A DNA stretch of 53,019 bases from an uncultured Holophagales bacterium (lineage in GTDB: Bacteria > Acidobacteriota > Thermoanaerobaculia > UBA5066). The first letter of the stretch is position 1; each line of letters begins with the position of its first letter. Below the pieces are notes generated by a model. That model was given only the letters and a program-made list of their open reading frames with translations. It ran no database searches and had not been told where the DNA came from. This document shows positions 17,159-26,465 of this stretch, one piece after another. Made by a program: the position numbers and the translations under genes. The stretch lies in the NCBI GenBank assembly GCA_964453825.1, contig CAYVPO010000001.1:1-53019 (forward strand), read 5' to 3'.

Positions 17159-18654
17159 GGCATGAGCCCCGCCATCCTCCGGCCCAGCTCGGCGAGCGTC
17201 GTCGTCGCCGCGAGCGGAGGGGAGAGCGTGCCGCGATAGACGACACGGATCGGCGCCCCGAGCTCGAGCGCCTCGTCGGGATCGGCGGTGACGAAGAGGA
17301 TGCCCGCGCCCGCACGGGCCGCGTCGAGGAGGCGGGCCCGGACGTCCGCGGCGGAGGCAAGGTCGAGCCCGCGCGTGGGGTGGACGGCGACGAGGAGGCG
17401 CGGAAGCGGCTCCAGCTCCCGCGCGAGCAGGAGCTTCTGCTGGTTCCCGCCCGACAGCTCCTCAGCCTTCGCCCAGGGGCCGCGCGCCCGGACGCCGAAG
17501 CGGCGAAGCCGCTCTTCGGCGGCGGCGGCGAGCGCGGCGCGGTCGATCGCGAGGCGTCCCGGCGGCTTCCGGAGAAAGAGGTTCTCGGCGACGGAGAGCG
17601 CGGGGACGAGTCCTTCGGCCCGCCGGTCGGCCGGGATGAACGCGCCGCCGGCCGCGCGGAAAGCGCGCGGATCGCCCGGCGGCACGGCCCGCCCGGCGAC
17701 GCGGATTCGTCCGCGGGCGGGCCGGACCCCCGCGATCGCGGAGCCGACGAGGTCGGCGCCGTTCCCGTCCACCGCGAGGAGCGTGAGGACGGCGCCCGCG
17801 GGGACGGCGAAGGAGGCGGGTGGGCCGGCGAAGCCGGCGGGGAGAAGCTCCTGGACGTCGAGAGCGGGCACCGCCTCGCCCGCCGGCGGCGCGGGGCGGA
17901 GCGCCTCGGAGCGGGACGAGACTTCAGCTCCACCGAGGAGGAGCGCTCCGACGGCCTCGGGCGTCGTCGCGGAGACGTCGGCCTCGAGGAGCGTCCGCCC
18001 GCGGGAGAGGAGCGTCAGGCGGTCCGCGCCTTCGAAGACCTCGGCCAGCCGGTGCGTGATGAGGAGGACGGCGCGCCCCGTGGCGACTCGTGCCCGGAGC
18101 GACCTGAAGAGGGCGCTCGTCTCCTGCGGCGAGAGGACGGCGGTCGGCTCGTCCAGGACGAGGACGCCCGGGTCGGACTGGAGAACCCCGGCCACGGCGA
18201 TCCGCTGCCGCACCCCGACCGGAAGGTCGCCCACGTGCGCGCCGGGCGGGCCGAGCTCGAGCCCGAGCTGCTCCTCGAGTCGCGCGGCGCGCGCGCGGCG
18301 CGCTCGCGCCGACTCGAGCCCCGGCGCGGCGGGGTCGAGGAGGGCGAGGTTGTCGGCGACCGTCGCGGCTTCGACGAGGAGGTCGTGCTGCGGCAGGAGC
18401 GCGATCCCGGCGCGGCGGGCGGCCCGCGCGTCCGCCGGGGGGAGGGCCTCGCCGTCCCGCCGGACCGTGCCGGCGTCGGCTCGGAGGAAGCCGGCGGCGA
18501 CGGAAACCAGCGTCGACTTCCCGGCCCCGTTTTCCCCGAGGAGCGCGTGGAGCTCGCCCGGGCGGATCGTGAGCCGGGCTCCGTCGAGTGCCTGGACGGA
18601 GCCGAACGCCTTTCGAACTCCGTCCAGCTCGAGCGCGGGAGAGGGGACTCTCAT
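17155..18654 (-). CDS. ABC transporter ATP-binding protein with two nucleotide-binding domains
   Basis: Walker A GENGAGKST, Walker B LVLDEPTAVL, second signature LSGGNQQKLLLAREL and ILFVTADPDE. The duplicated NBD layout is typical of sugar/nucleoside importers. Confidence 0.9.
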   Translation of the reverse strand: MRVPSPALELDGVRKAFGSVQALDGARLTIRPGELHALLGENGAGKSTLVSVAAGFLRADAGTVRRDGEALPPADARAARRAGIALLPQHDLLVEAATVADNLALLDPAAPGLESARARRARAARLEEQLGLELGPPGAHVGDLPVGVRQRIAVAGVLQSDPGVLVLDEPTAVLSPQETSALFRSLRARVATGRAVLLITHRLAEVFEGADRLTLLSRGRTLLEADVSATTPEAVGALLLGGAEVSSRSEALRPAPPAGEAVPALDVQELLPAGFAGPPASFAVPAGAVLTLLAVDGNGADLVGSAIAGVRPARGRIRVAGRAVPPGDPRAFRAAGGAFIPADRRAEGLVPALSVAENLFLRKPPGRLAIDRAALAAAAEERLRRFGVRARGPWAKAEELSGGNQQKLLLARELEPLPRLLVAVHPTRGLDLASAADVRARLLDAARAGAGILFVTADPDEALELGAPIRVVYRGTLSPPLAATTTLAELGRRMAGLMP

Positions 18655-18685
18655 CCCGGCGTCGCCGGCCTCTCCGGACCGACCG

Positions 18686-19678
18686 TCAGAAGTCTCCTCG
18701 CGGGACGACGATCGCCCCGGAGACGATCTTCTCTTTCGCCCGGTCCACCTCGTCCAGGACCGGAGCCGGGACGCGGCCGAGGAGCGCCGGGTTCCACACG
18801 AACGAGACGACGCCGCTCTCGAGGCCGTAGCGGATCGGCTTGCCGTCGAACCGCCCCTCCTTCACCCGGCGCGCGGCCTCGACGAAGGCGCGGGGGAGGT
18901 CGATGACGGCCGACGCCAGGACGCTCGTCGAGACGGAGCTCTGGTCCCGGTTCGCGCCGAAGGCGTAGACGCCCCTCTCGGTCGCCGCGGCGAAGACGCC
19001 GAGCGCGGCGGCGTTCGCGTTGTGGAAGAGGAAGTCGCTCCCGCCGTCGATGAGGGCCAGCGCGGCCGCCTTGGCGCCGGCCACGTCCTCGAAGGAGCCG
19101 GTGAAGACGGCCGTCGCCTTCGCTCCCGGGTTCCCGGCCCTGAGGCCGGCCTCGAACGCGAGGAACGTCGACCTGATCGACGGGATCTCGACCCCGCCGA
19201 CCATCCCGGCCTTCGCCGTCCGCGACATCCGGCCGGCCACGAGGCCGCAGAGGTACGTCGCCTGCTCGAGCTCGAAGACGAGAGGGGCCTGGTTGCGCGA
19301 CGTCCGCGAGCCGGAGGTCGTCAGGAAGACGGTGGCGGGGTAGTCCTTCGCGACGCGCGCGGCGGCGTCCTGGAACTCGAAGCCGTGCCCGATGCAGAGC
19401 GCGGAGCCTCCCGCGGCGTAGGCCCGGAACTGCTCCTCGAACTCGGACGGCGTCTTCACCTGGACGTGCGAGACCTTCGCGCCGAGCTCCCGTTCGATCG
19501 CCTTCAGGCCTTCGAAGGCGCCGGCGTTCCACCCGGCGTCGGAGACGGGCCCTGGCGTCAGGAGGGCCACGCGGAAGCCCTCGGGCGGCTTCGCGGCGGG
19601 GGTGCGGCCGCAGGTCGTCAGCCCGGCGACCAGCGGCAGCGCCACGAGCGAGACGAGGAGTCGGCGTCGCGACGTCAT
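18686..19678 (-). CDS. BMP-family (PnrA/Med-like) ABC substrate-binding lipoprotein, probably for nucleosides
   Basis: Signal peptide plus lipobox (LVAGLTTCG). VALLTPGPVSDAGWNAGAFEGLK is characteristic of the basic membrane protein family. Confidence 0.88.
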   Translation of the reverse strand: MTSRRRLLVSLVALPLVAGLTTCGRTPAAKPPEGFRVALLTPGPVSDAGWNAGAFEGLKAIERELGAKVSHVQVKTPSEFEEQFRAYAAGGSALCIGHGFEFQDAAARVAKDYPATVFLTTSGSRTSRNQAPLVFELEQATYLCGLVAGRMSRTAKAGMVGGVEIPSIRSTFLAFEAGLRAGNPGAKATAVFTGSFEDVAGAKAAALALIDGGSDFLFHNANAAALGVFAAATERGVYAFGANRDQSSVSTSVLASAVIDLPRAFVEAARRVKEGRFDGKPIRYGLESGVVSFVWNPALLGRVPAPVLDEVDRAKEKIVSGAIVVPRGDF

Positions 19679-19697
19679 CGGCGCGAGTTTAGTCCGC

Positions 19698-20417
19698 TCA
19701 GACGGCGGAGCGGCCCGCGTCGACCGCCAGCACCTGCCCGGTGATCGAACGGTTCGAGGCGAGGAAGAGCGCGGAGGAGACGAGATCCTCTACGGCCACG
19801 GCCCGGCCGAGCGGCGTCCGGGCGACGAGACGGGCGACCTCCTCGGGCGGTACGTCTTCCGGCGGGAGGACGATTCCCGGCGCGATTCCGTTCACCCGCA
19901 CCGACGGGCCGAGGGCCACGGCGAGGTTCCGCACGAGCGCGTCGACAGCCGCCTTCGAGACCGCGTGGGGAAGGTGACGCGGCCAGGCCTTCGTCGCCGC
20001 CACGTCGGAGACGAGGATCACGGCCCCGCCCGAGTCGGCGAGCGCGGGAGCGGCCGCGCGGGCGAGGAAGAAGGCGGCGCGCGGACCGACCGAGAAGACG
20101 TCGTCCCAGTCCTCCTCGGTCACGTCGTCGACCGGCTTCTCGAGCCACGGCGAGGCCGAATGGAGGAGGAGGTCGAGCCGTCGGAAACGCGCGAGGACCG
20201 CCTCGACGAGGCCCTGAGGCGCGCCGGCCTCCCGCAGGTCGGCGCGGAACGGCTCGGCGTCGCCCCCGAGGCGACAGAGCTCGGCGACCGTTCGGGAGGC
20301 GGCCGCCGGGTCGGACCTGAAGTGGACGGCCACGTCGTGGCCGGCGCGTGCGGCGCCCTCGGCGAGGGCTCGTCCGAGCCGGCGGGAGGCCCCGGTGACG
20401 AGGGCGACGGGTCTCAT
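19698..20417 (-). CDS. Short-chain dehydrogenase/reductase (pteridine-reductase-like layout)
   Basis: ALVTGASRRLGRALA, VNGIAPG, and a Ser in ILVSD. The expected YxxxK reads H-AVS-K (LPHAVSKAAV). Confidence 0.82.
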   Translation of the reverse strand: MRPVALVTGASRRLGRALAEGAARAGHDVAVHFRSDPAAASRTVAELCRLGGDAEPFRADLREAGAPQGLVEAVLARFRRLDLLLHSASPWLEKPVDDVTEEDWDDVFSVGPRAAFFLARAAAPALADSGGAVILVSDVAATKAWPRHLPHAVSKAAVDALVRNLAVALGPSVRVNGIAPGIVLPPEDVPPEEVARLVARTPLGRAVAVEDLVSSALFLASNRSITGQVLAVDAGRSAV

Positions 20418-20439
20418 CTCGCGAAGTGTCTCATCGGGG

Positions 20440-20473
20440 GCGAAGCGGAGCAGAACCTATAATGCCGCTTCGC
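20440..20473. promoter_or_regulatory. Perfect 9-bp inverted repeat bracketing a consensus TATAAT hexamer; candidate operator/promoter of the divergent SDR and fadD genes
   Basis: GCGAAGCGG (20440-20448), then a 16-nt spacer containing TATAAT (20458-20463), then CCGCTTCGC (20465-20473). A TATAAT hexamer stands out in such GC-rich DNA. I found no good -35. Confidence 0.3.
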
Positions 20474-20499
20474 AACACGGCCGGGCCGGGGAGGGTGAG

Positions 20500-22284
20500 A
20501 TGACGACGCCGCGCACTCTGGTCGACGTATTCCGCAACCTCGGGACGACGCCGAAGCCGGACCTCCTCCTGTACAAGAAGGACGGGCGCTGGGTTCCGAT
20601 CTCGACGGCGGAGTTCACGGAGAGGGTGAAGGCCGTCGCGGCGGCCTTCGGCACGCTCGGCGTCCCCGACGGAGGCGCCGTCGTCCTCCTCTCGGAGAAC
20701 CGCCCGGAGTGGCCGACGATCGACTTCGCCTGCCAGTGCTACGGGGCCGTCCTCGTTCCGGTCTTCCCGACGATGGTGGCCGACCAGGCGGAGTACATCG
20801 TGCGGGACTGCGGCGCGACGGTGGCGTTCGCCTCGACGCCCGAGCAGGCGGCGAAGCTCGTCAAGGCCCAGGCGACCTGCCCGAAGCTGAAGCACGTCTT
20901 CGTCTTCGACCACGCCGGCGGCGGGGGGAAGCCGTTCGGCGCGCTCGTCGAGGAGGGTCGGAAGGCGCACGCCGCCGCCCCCGCCACGTTCGACGAGAGG
21001 GCCGGCCGCCGGAAGCCGGACGACCTCGCCACGATCATCTACACCTCCGGGACGACGGGGGAGCCGAAGGGGGCGATGCTCATGCAGAGCAACTTCGTCT
21101 CCAACATGCTCGCCGGCTGCTCGCTCCTGCCGTTCGACGCGACCGCGGTGACGATGTCGTTCCTTCCCCTCGCGCACGTCTTCGAGCGCCTCGTGGAGTA
21201 CTGCTACTACCACCGGGGCGCGACCGTCGCCTTCGCCGAGTCGATCGACAAGCTGCGGGACAACCTCGGGGAGGTGAACCCCCACATCTTCGGCGCCGTC
21301 CCCCGCGTCTACGAGAAGGTCTACGCCCGGGTCATGGACAAGGTCGACGCCGGCTCTCCGGCGAAGCAGCGCCTCTTCCGGACCGCCATCTCCGTCGCGA
21401 AGGAGGTCCTCCGCCTCCGGGCGGAGAAGAAGACCCCCGGGGGCGCGCTGGCGCTCCAGCACTACCTCTACGAGCGCCTCGTCTTCCGGAAGATCCGCGA
21501 GGCGCTCGGGACCCGGTTCCGGTTCGCGATCTCCGGCGGCGCCCCGCTCGCGAAGGACCTCGCGGAGTTTTTCTGGGCGATCGGCGTCGAGGTGTACGAG
21601 GGCTACGGCCTCACCGAGACGAGCCCCGTCATCGCCGTGAACTGCCCGTCTGCCTGGAAGCTCGGCACCGTGGGGAGGGTCATGCCGGGAGTCGAGGTGA
21701 AGATCGCCGACGACGGCGAGATCCTGACGCGCGGCCCGCACGTCATGAAGGGCTACTACGGCAAGCCGGAGGCGACGGCCGAGACGATCGACCCCGACGG
21801 CTGGCTTCACACGGGAGACATCGGCGTCCTCGACGAGGAGGGCTTCCTCCGGATCACGGACCGGAAGAAGGAGATCATCGTCAACTCGAACGGCAAGAAC
21901 GTCGCCCCGGCGCCGATCGAGAGCGCCCTGAAGGGAGACCCGTTCGTGGCGCAGCCGGTCGTCATCGGCGACCGGCGCAAGTTCCTCTCCTGCCTCATCG
22001 TCCCGAACTTCGAGAAGCTCCGCGAGTGGGCGGCGAAGAACGGCCTCGGCGCGCTTTCCGACGAGGAGCTCGTCGCCAGCCCCCGGGTCGAGCAGATCTA
22101 CCAGGGGATCGTCGACCGCTGGAACGAAGGGAAGCCGAACGAGCAGCTCATCCACGCCTTCAAGCTCCTCCCGAAGGAGCTGACGATCGAGGGCGGCGAG
22201 CTGACGCCGACGCTCAAGGTCAAGCGCCGGATCGTCGACCAGAAGTTCCGCAGCGTGATCGACGGGCTGTACAGGGGGGACTGA
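20500..22284 (+). CDS. fadD: Long-chain fatty acid-CoA ligase (AMP-dependent synthetase)
   Basis: ATG preceded by GGGGAGGG. AMP-binding motif IIYTSGTTGEPKGAM, then GYGLTETSP, HTGDIG and the C-terminal TPTLKVKRR. Confidence 0.9.
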   Translation: MTTPRTLVDVFRNLGTTPKPDLLLYKKDGRWVPISTAEFTERVKAVAAAFGTLGVPDGGAVVLLSENRPEWPTIDFACQCYGAVLVPVFPTMVADQAEYIVRDCGATVAFASTPEQAAKLVKAQATCPKLKHVFVFDHAGGGGKPFGALVEEGRKAHAAAPATFDERAGRRKPDDLATIIYTSGTTGEPKGAMLMQSNFVSNMLAGCSLLPFDATAVTMSFLPLAHVFERLVEYCYYHRGATVAFAESIDKLRDNLGEVNPHIFGAVPRVYEKVYARVMDKVDAGSPAKQRLFRTAISVAKEVLRLRAEKKTPGGALALQHYLYERLVFRKIREALGTRFRFAISGGAPLAKDLAEFFWAIGVEVYEGYGLTETSPVIAVNCPSAWKLGTVGRVMPGVEVKIADDGEILTRGPHVMKGYYGKPEATAETIDPDGWLHTGDIGVLDEEGFLRITDRKKEIIVNSNGKNVAPAPIESALKGDPFVAQPVVIGDRRKFLSCLIVPNFEKLREWAAKNGLGALSDEELVASPRVEQIYQGIVDRWNEGKPNEQLIHAFKLLPKELTIEGGELTPTLKVKRRIVDQKFRSVIDGLYRGD

Positions 22285-22300
22285 CGCTGCCAATCAGCGC

Positions 22301-22330
22301 TTGACGAGTCGCTGCGGCGCGTCATAGGCT
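22301..22330 (+). promoter_or_regulatory. Possible sigma-70-like promoter for the TetR gene (would give a near-leaderless mRNA)
   Basis: TTGACG (22301-22306), then 18 nt, then TAGGCT (22325-22330), only about 7 nt before the ATG at 22338, which has no clear Shine-Dalgarno. A weak 5-bp inverted repeat, CAGCG/CGCTG, spans the -35. Confidence 0.25.
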
Positions 22331-22337
22331 CTGAGTG

Positions 22338-23042
22338 ATGGCTCATTCAGCCGCTCTCCCGGCGGGAACGAAGGCCCGCTCCTCCTCCGGCCCGGGTCGG
22401 AGGAGCCTCCCGGCCGCCGACCCCGAGAAGCGGAAGCGGCTCCTCCACGCCGCGGCGAAGACGTTCGGACGCCGCGGGTTCCACGAGGCGAAGATCGCCG
22501 ACATCGCCGCGGAGGCGGGCGTCGCCGAGGGGACCGTCTACCTCTATTTCCGGAACAAGGAAGACCTCCTCGGCTGCGTCTTCGACGAGACGATGGACGA
22601 GGTGCTCGCCGAGGCGCGGGCGGTCCGCCACGCGGGCGGGAGCGCCGCCGAAAAGCTCGTGAGGCTCGTCGGCCTGCACCTGAGCTTCGTCGGCCAGGAC
22701 CGGGACCTCGCCTCCGTCTTCCAGATCGAGCTCCGGCGGAGCGCCCGCCTCGTGGAGCGCTTCTCCCGGAGCAAGCTCGTGGAGTACTTCAGGCTCCTCG
22801 ACGGCGTCCTGAAGGAAGGGATCGCCTCGGGAGAGCTGCGGAGAGGCCTCGAGCCGCGCCTCGCAGTCCGGATCCTCTTCGGCGCAGCGGACGAGATCCT
22901 GTCGGAGTGGCTCCTCTCGGGAGAGCCGAAGCCCGCGGCCGACGCGGAGAAGCTCGTCGGGACGCTCCTCCACGGCTTCCTCTCTTGCGAGAACGACACG
23001 AAGGAACGGCGGCCCGTCCGCCAGAGGAGGACCACCCCTTGA
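22338..23042 (+). CDS. TetR/AcrR family transcriptional regulator (probable fatty-acid degradation regulator)
   Basis: HTH region RKRLLHAAAKTFGRRGFHEAKIADIAAEAGVAEGTVYLYFRNKEDLL. Embedded between fadD and fadA. GTG at 22335 is an alternative start. Confidence 0.85.
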   Translation: MAHSAALPAGTKARSSSGPGRRSLPAADPEKRKRLLHAAAKTFGRRGFHEAKIADIAAEAGVAEGTVYLYFRNKEDLLGCVFDETMDEVLAEARAVRHAGGSAAEKLVRLVGLHLSFVGQDRDLASVFQIELRRSARLVERFSRSKLVEYFRLLDGVLKEGIASGELRRGLEPRLAVRILFGAADEILSEWLLSGEPKPAADAEKLVGTLLHGFLSCENDTKERRPVRQRRTTP

Positions 23043-24298
23043 GCCGAGCCGCCTACATCCTCGACGGAGCCCGGACCCCCTTCGTAAAGGCGGGGTCCGA
23101 CTTCAAGGCCGTCTCCGCCGTCGACCTCGGCCGCGCCGCGGCCGTGGAGGCGATGGCCCGCTCCGGCGTCGAGCCGGGGGAGATCGACCAGGCGATCTTC
23201 GGGAACATCGCGACTCCGCCCGACGCCGCGAACATCGGCCGCGTGATCGCGCTTCGCGCGAGCGTCCCGAAGGAGAGGCCTGCCCACTCCGTCTCGCGCA
23301 ACTGCGCCTCGGGGATCGAGTCGATCGTCCAGGCGGCGCGGCTCGTCCAGACGGGCGAGGCCGACGTCGTCCTCGCCGGCGGCGCCGAGAACATGTCCCT
23401 CATCCCCTTCCTCTACCGCGAGAACGTGAAGGCCGCCCTGACGGAGGTCGGGATGGCCCGGACGACGGGGGCGAAGGTCGCCGGATTCCGCAAGCTCCCG
23501 TGGAGCCAGCTGCTGAACCCCGTCATCGGCCTGAAGCTCGGCCTCACCGACCCGGTCTGCGGCCTGAACATGGGCGAGACCGCCGAGCTCCTCGCGAAGG
23601 AAGGCGGGCTCACGCGGGAGATGCAGGACGCGTTCGCGCTCCGTTCCCACCAGCGGGCGCAGGCGGCGCGGGAGAGGCTCGCCGAGGAGATCGTCGCGGT
23701 TCCGCTCCCGCCCGGGTTCGACAAGGTCGCGACGGCCGACAACGGCGTCCGCGAGGGGCAGACGATGGAGGCCCTCGCGAGGCTGAAGCCGTTCTTCGAC
23801 CGCGCCTACGGCTCGGTGACGGCGGGGAACTCCTCGCAGATCACCGACGGCGCCGCGGCCGTCGTCGTCGCCTCGGAGGCGTTCGTCGCGAAGCGGAAGC
23901 TCGCGCCGCTCGCGCGGGTCGCCGGGTGGGGCTTCGCGGGGCTCGAGCCGGAACGGATGGGCCTCGGCCCGTCGCGCTCCACGCCCGTCGCGCTGAAACA
24001 CGCGGGGGTGCCGTTCGGGAAGATCGGCCTCCTGGAGCTGAACGAGGCCTTCGCGGCGCAGGTCCTCGCGAACCTCGCGGCGTTCGAGAAGGACCCGGCG
24101 CTCGGCGCGGTCGACCCGGAGATCCTGAACCCGAACGGCGGGGCGATCGCGCTCGGCCACCCGGTCGGGGCGTCCGCGACGCGGCTCGTCCTGACGCTCC
24201 TCCGGGAGATGAAGCGCCGGAAGGTCGCGTACGGCCTCGCGACGCTCTGCATCGGCGGCGGCCAGGGGGCCACGATCGTCCTGGAGGGGGTGGCGTGA
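23039..24298 (+). CDS. fadA: Acetyl-CoA C-acyltransferase (3-ketoacyl-CoA thiolase)
   Basis: AYILDGARTPF, active-site Cys region VSRNCASGIESI, NEAFAAQVL, GGAIALGHPVGASATR and LCIGGGQG. TTG start at 23039 sits 8 nt after GAGGAGG and overlaps the tetR stop; the start call is moderately confident. Confidence 0.9.
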   Translation: MSRAAYILDGARTPFVKAGSDFKAVSAVDLGRAAAVEAMARSGVEPGEIDQAIFGNIATPPDAANIGRVIALRASVPKERPAHSVSRNCASGIESIVQAARLVQTGEADVVLAGGAENMSLIPFLYRENVKAALTEVGMARTTGAKVAGFRKLPWSQLLNPVIGLKLGLTDPVCGLNMGETAELLAKEGGLTREMQDAFALRSHQRAQAARERLAEEIVAVPLPPGFDKVATADNGVREGQTMEALARLKPFFDRAYGSVTAGNSSQITDGAAAVVVASEAFVAKRKLAPLARVAGWGFAGLEPERMGLGPSRSTPVALKHAGVPFGKIGLLELNEAFAAQVLANLAAFEKDPALGAVDPEILNPNGGAIALGHPVGASATRLVLTLLREMKRRKVAYGLATLCIGGGQGATIVLEGVA

Positions 24299-26463
24299 TG
24301 GCCGAGGGGACGCACTTCCGCCTCGACGTCGAGCCGGACGGCCTCGCGCTCCTCACGTTCGACTCGCCGGGCGAGAAGGTGAACAAGTACTCGACCCCGG
24401 TGATGCTCGAGCTCGACGCGCTCCTCGACGCCCTCGCGAAGCGGACGGACGTGAAAGCGCTCCTCCTCGTCTCGGGCAAGCCCGACATCTTCATCGCCGG
24501 GGCCGACGTGAACGAGATCGCGAAGGTGACGGACCCCGCGGCGATCGCGGACGGGGTGCGGAAAGGGCAGGCCGTCCTCGGCAAGCTCGCGAACCTCCCG
24601 TTCCCGACGATCGCGGCGGTCGAGGGGGCGTGCGTCGGCGGGGGCTGCGAGACGCTCCTCGCGATGGACTGGCGCCTCGCGTCGGACTCGAAGAAGACGC
24701 AGATCGGGCTCCCCGAGATCAAGCTCGGGATCCTCCCGGGGTGGGGAGGGACGACGCGCCTGCCGCGCATCGTCGGGCTCGCGACCGCGCTCGACGTCAT
24801 CCTCGCGGGGAAGGTCATCGATTCGAAGCGAGCGAAGAAGATGGGGCTCGTCGACGAGCTCGTCCCGGCGCCGATCCTGCTCGCCGTGGCGAGGAAGTTC
24901 GCGCGGGGGAAGTTCGGGACGCGGAAGCGCTCGAACGCTGCCCCCGACGGGGGCCCGCTCCGCGCCGTTCCCGCGAAGGCGATGGAGAAGCTCCTCGAGG
25001 GGGTCGGGCGCTCCGTGGTCTTCCGCAAGGCGCGGGCGGCCGTCCTGAAGGAGACGCACGGTCACTACCCGGCCCCGCCCGAAGCGCTCTCGGCGATCGA
25101 GAAGGGCTTCGGCCGGCCGTTCCCCGAGGCCCTCGAGCTCGAGGTGGCGGCGGCGGGGAAGCTCGTCGGCTCGCCCGAGATGAAGTCGCTCGTCGGCCTC
25201 TTCTTCCGGATGGAGGAGGTCAAGAAGGAGACCGGCGTCGCGGCCGGCGTGGCGCCCCGCGCCGTGAAGCGGATCGGCGTCCTCGGCGCCGGCGCCATGG
25301 GGGGCGGCATCGCCCAGCTCGCGGCCGACAAGGGGTGGCCGGTGCGGATGAAGGACATCCGGCACGAGGCGCTCGCCCTCGGCTACGCACAGGCCGCGAA
25401 GATCTGGCAGGAGAAGCTGAAGAAGCGGCGAATGACCCGGACCGACTTCGCCTCGAAGATGGCTCTCCTCTCCGGGGGACTCGGCTGGGAAGGCTTCGAG
25501 ACCTGCGACGTGACGATCGAGGCGGTCCTCGAGAAGCTCGCGGTCAAGCAGGGCGTCCTCAAGGAATGGGAGTCGGTCGCCGCGCCCGACGCGATCTTCG
25601 CCTCGAACACCTCGACGCTCCCGATCACCGAGATCGCGAAGGCGGCGTCCCGGCCCGAGCGAGTCGTCGGGATGCACTTCTTCAACCCGGTCCACAAGAT
25701 GCCGCTCGTCGAGGTCATCTTCGGTGAGAAGACCTCGCCCGAGGTGACGGCGACGATCTTCGACCTCGCCAAGAAGATGGGGAAGACGCCCGTCGTCGTG
25801 AAGGACGCGCCCGGCTTCCTCGTGAACCGGATCCTCTCGCCCTACCTCGCCGAGGCGGTCCGGCTCCTCCTCGAGGGAGTCTCGATGGAGGCGATCGACC
25901 GGGGGATGCGGGCGTTCGGGATGCCGGTCGGACCGATCGAGCTTCTCGACGACGTCGGGATCGACGTCGCGTCGAAGGGGGCCGAGACGCTCGCGGCCGC
26001 CTGGCCCGAGCGGATGCCGATCGACCCGGCCTTCGGGAAGCTCGTGACGGGGAGCCGCCTCGGGCGGAAGACGAAGAAGGGCTTCTACCGCTACGAGGGG
26101 GAGAAGAGGGTCGGGCCCGACCCGCAGGCGTATGCCGACCTGGGCGTCGCTTCTCCCGGTGCGTTGCCGATCTCGCCCGAGGCGCTCGAGGCGCGATTGA
26201 TCTATCCGATGGTCAACGAGGCGGCGTACTGTCTCGCCGAGGGGATCGTGCCGACGCCCGGCAAGCTCGACCTCGCGATGATCTTCGGGATCGGCTTCCC
26301 GCCGTTCCGCGGCGGCCTCTGCGCCCACGCGGACGCGCGCGGCGCCGCCGCCGTCGTCGACGCCCTCTCCCGTCTCGCGTCGGAGAAGGGACCCCGCTTC
26401 ACACCCGCCCCGCTTCTCGCCGACCTGGCGAAGTCGGGGACGTCGTTCTTCGGGAAGGAGTAG
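24298..26463 (+). CDS. fadB: Multifunctional enoyl-CoA hydratase / 3-hydroxyacyl-CoA dehydrogenase
   Basis: Crotonase part FIAGADVNE and AAVEGACVGGGCE. Dehydrogenase Rossmann IGVLGAGAMGGGIA, then NTSTLPI and HFFNPVHKMPLVEV. The ATG overlaps the thiolase TGA. Confidence 0.92.
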   Translation: MAEGTHFRLDVEPDGLALLTFDSPGEKVNKYSTPVMLELDALLDALAKRTDVKALLLVSGKPDIFIAGADVNEIAKVTDPAAIADGVRKGQAVLGKLANLPFPTIAAVEGACVGGGCETLLAMDWRLASDSKKTQIGLPEIKLGILPGWGGTTRLPRIVGLATALDVILAGKVIDSKRAKKMGLVDELVPAPILLAVARKFARGKFGTRKRSNAAPDGGPLRAVPAKAMEKLLEGVGRSVVFRKARAAVLKETHGHYPAPPEALSAIEKGFGRPFPEALELEVAAAGKLVGSPEMKSLVGLFFRMEEVKKETGVAAGVAPRAVKRIGVLGAGAMGGGIAQLAADKGWPVRMKDIRHEALALGYAQAAKIWQEKLKKRRMTRTDFASKMALLSGGLGWEGFETCDVTIEAVLEKLAVKQGVLKEWESVAAPDAIFASNTSTLPITEIAKAASRPERVVGMHFFNPVHKMPLVEVIFGEKTSPEVTATIFDLAKKMGKTPVVVKDAPGFLVNRILSPYLAEAVRLLLEGVSMEAIDRGMRAFGMPVGPIELLDDVGIDVASKGAETLAAAWPERMPIDPAFGKLVTGSRLGRKTKKGFYRYEGEKRVGPDPQAYADLGVASPGALPISPEALEARLIYPMVNEAAYCLAEGIVPTPGKLDLAMIFGIGFPPFRGGLCAHADARGAAAVVDALSRLASEKGPRFTPAPLLADLAKSGTSFFGKE

Positions 26464-26465
26464 CC

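Noticed and set aside
15306-17933. 875-aa minus ORF, and similar giants at 14512..16038, 26202..28448, 49685..52021, 50613..52820, 8419..11055 and 42404..43987
   Set aside because: In the two ORFs that share a frame with a supported gene, only the 3'-terminal part (15306..16166 and 14512..15309) looks real. The others lie in the wrong frame or strand. Upstream extensions are low-complexity Arg/Pro/Ser sequence overlapping genes supported on other frames.
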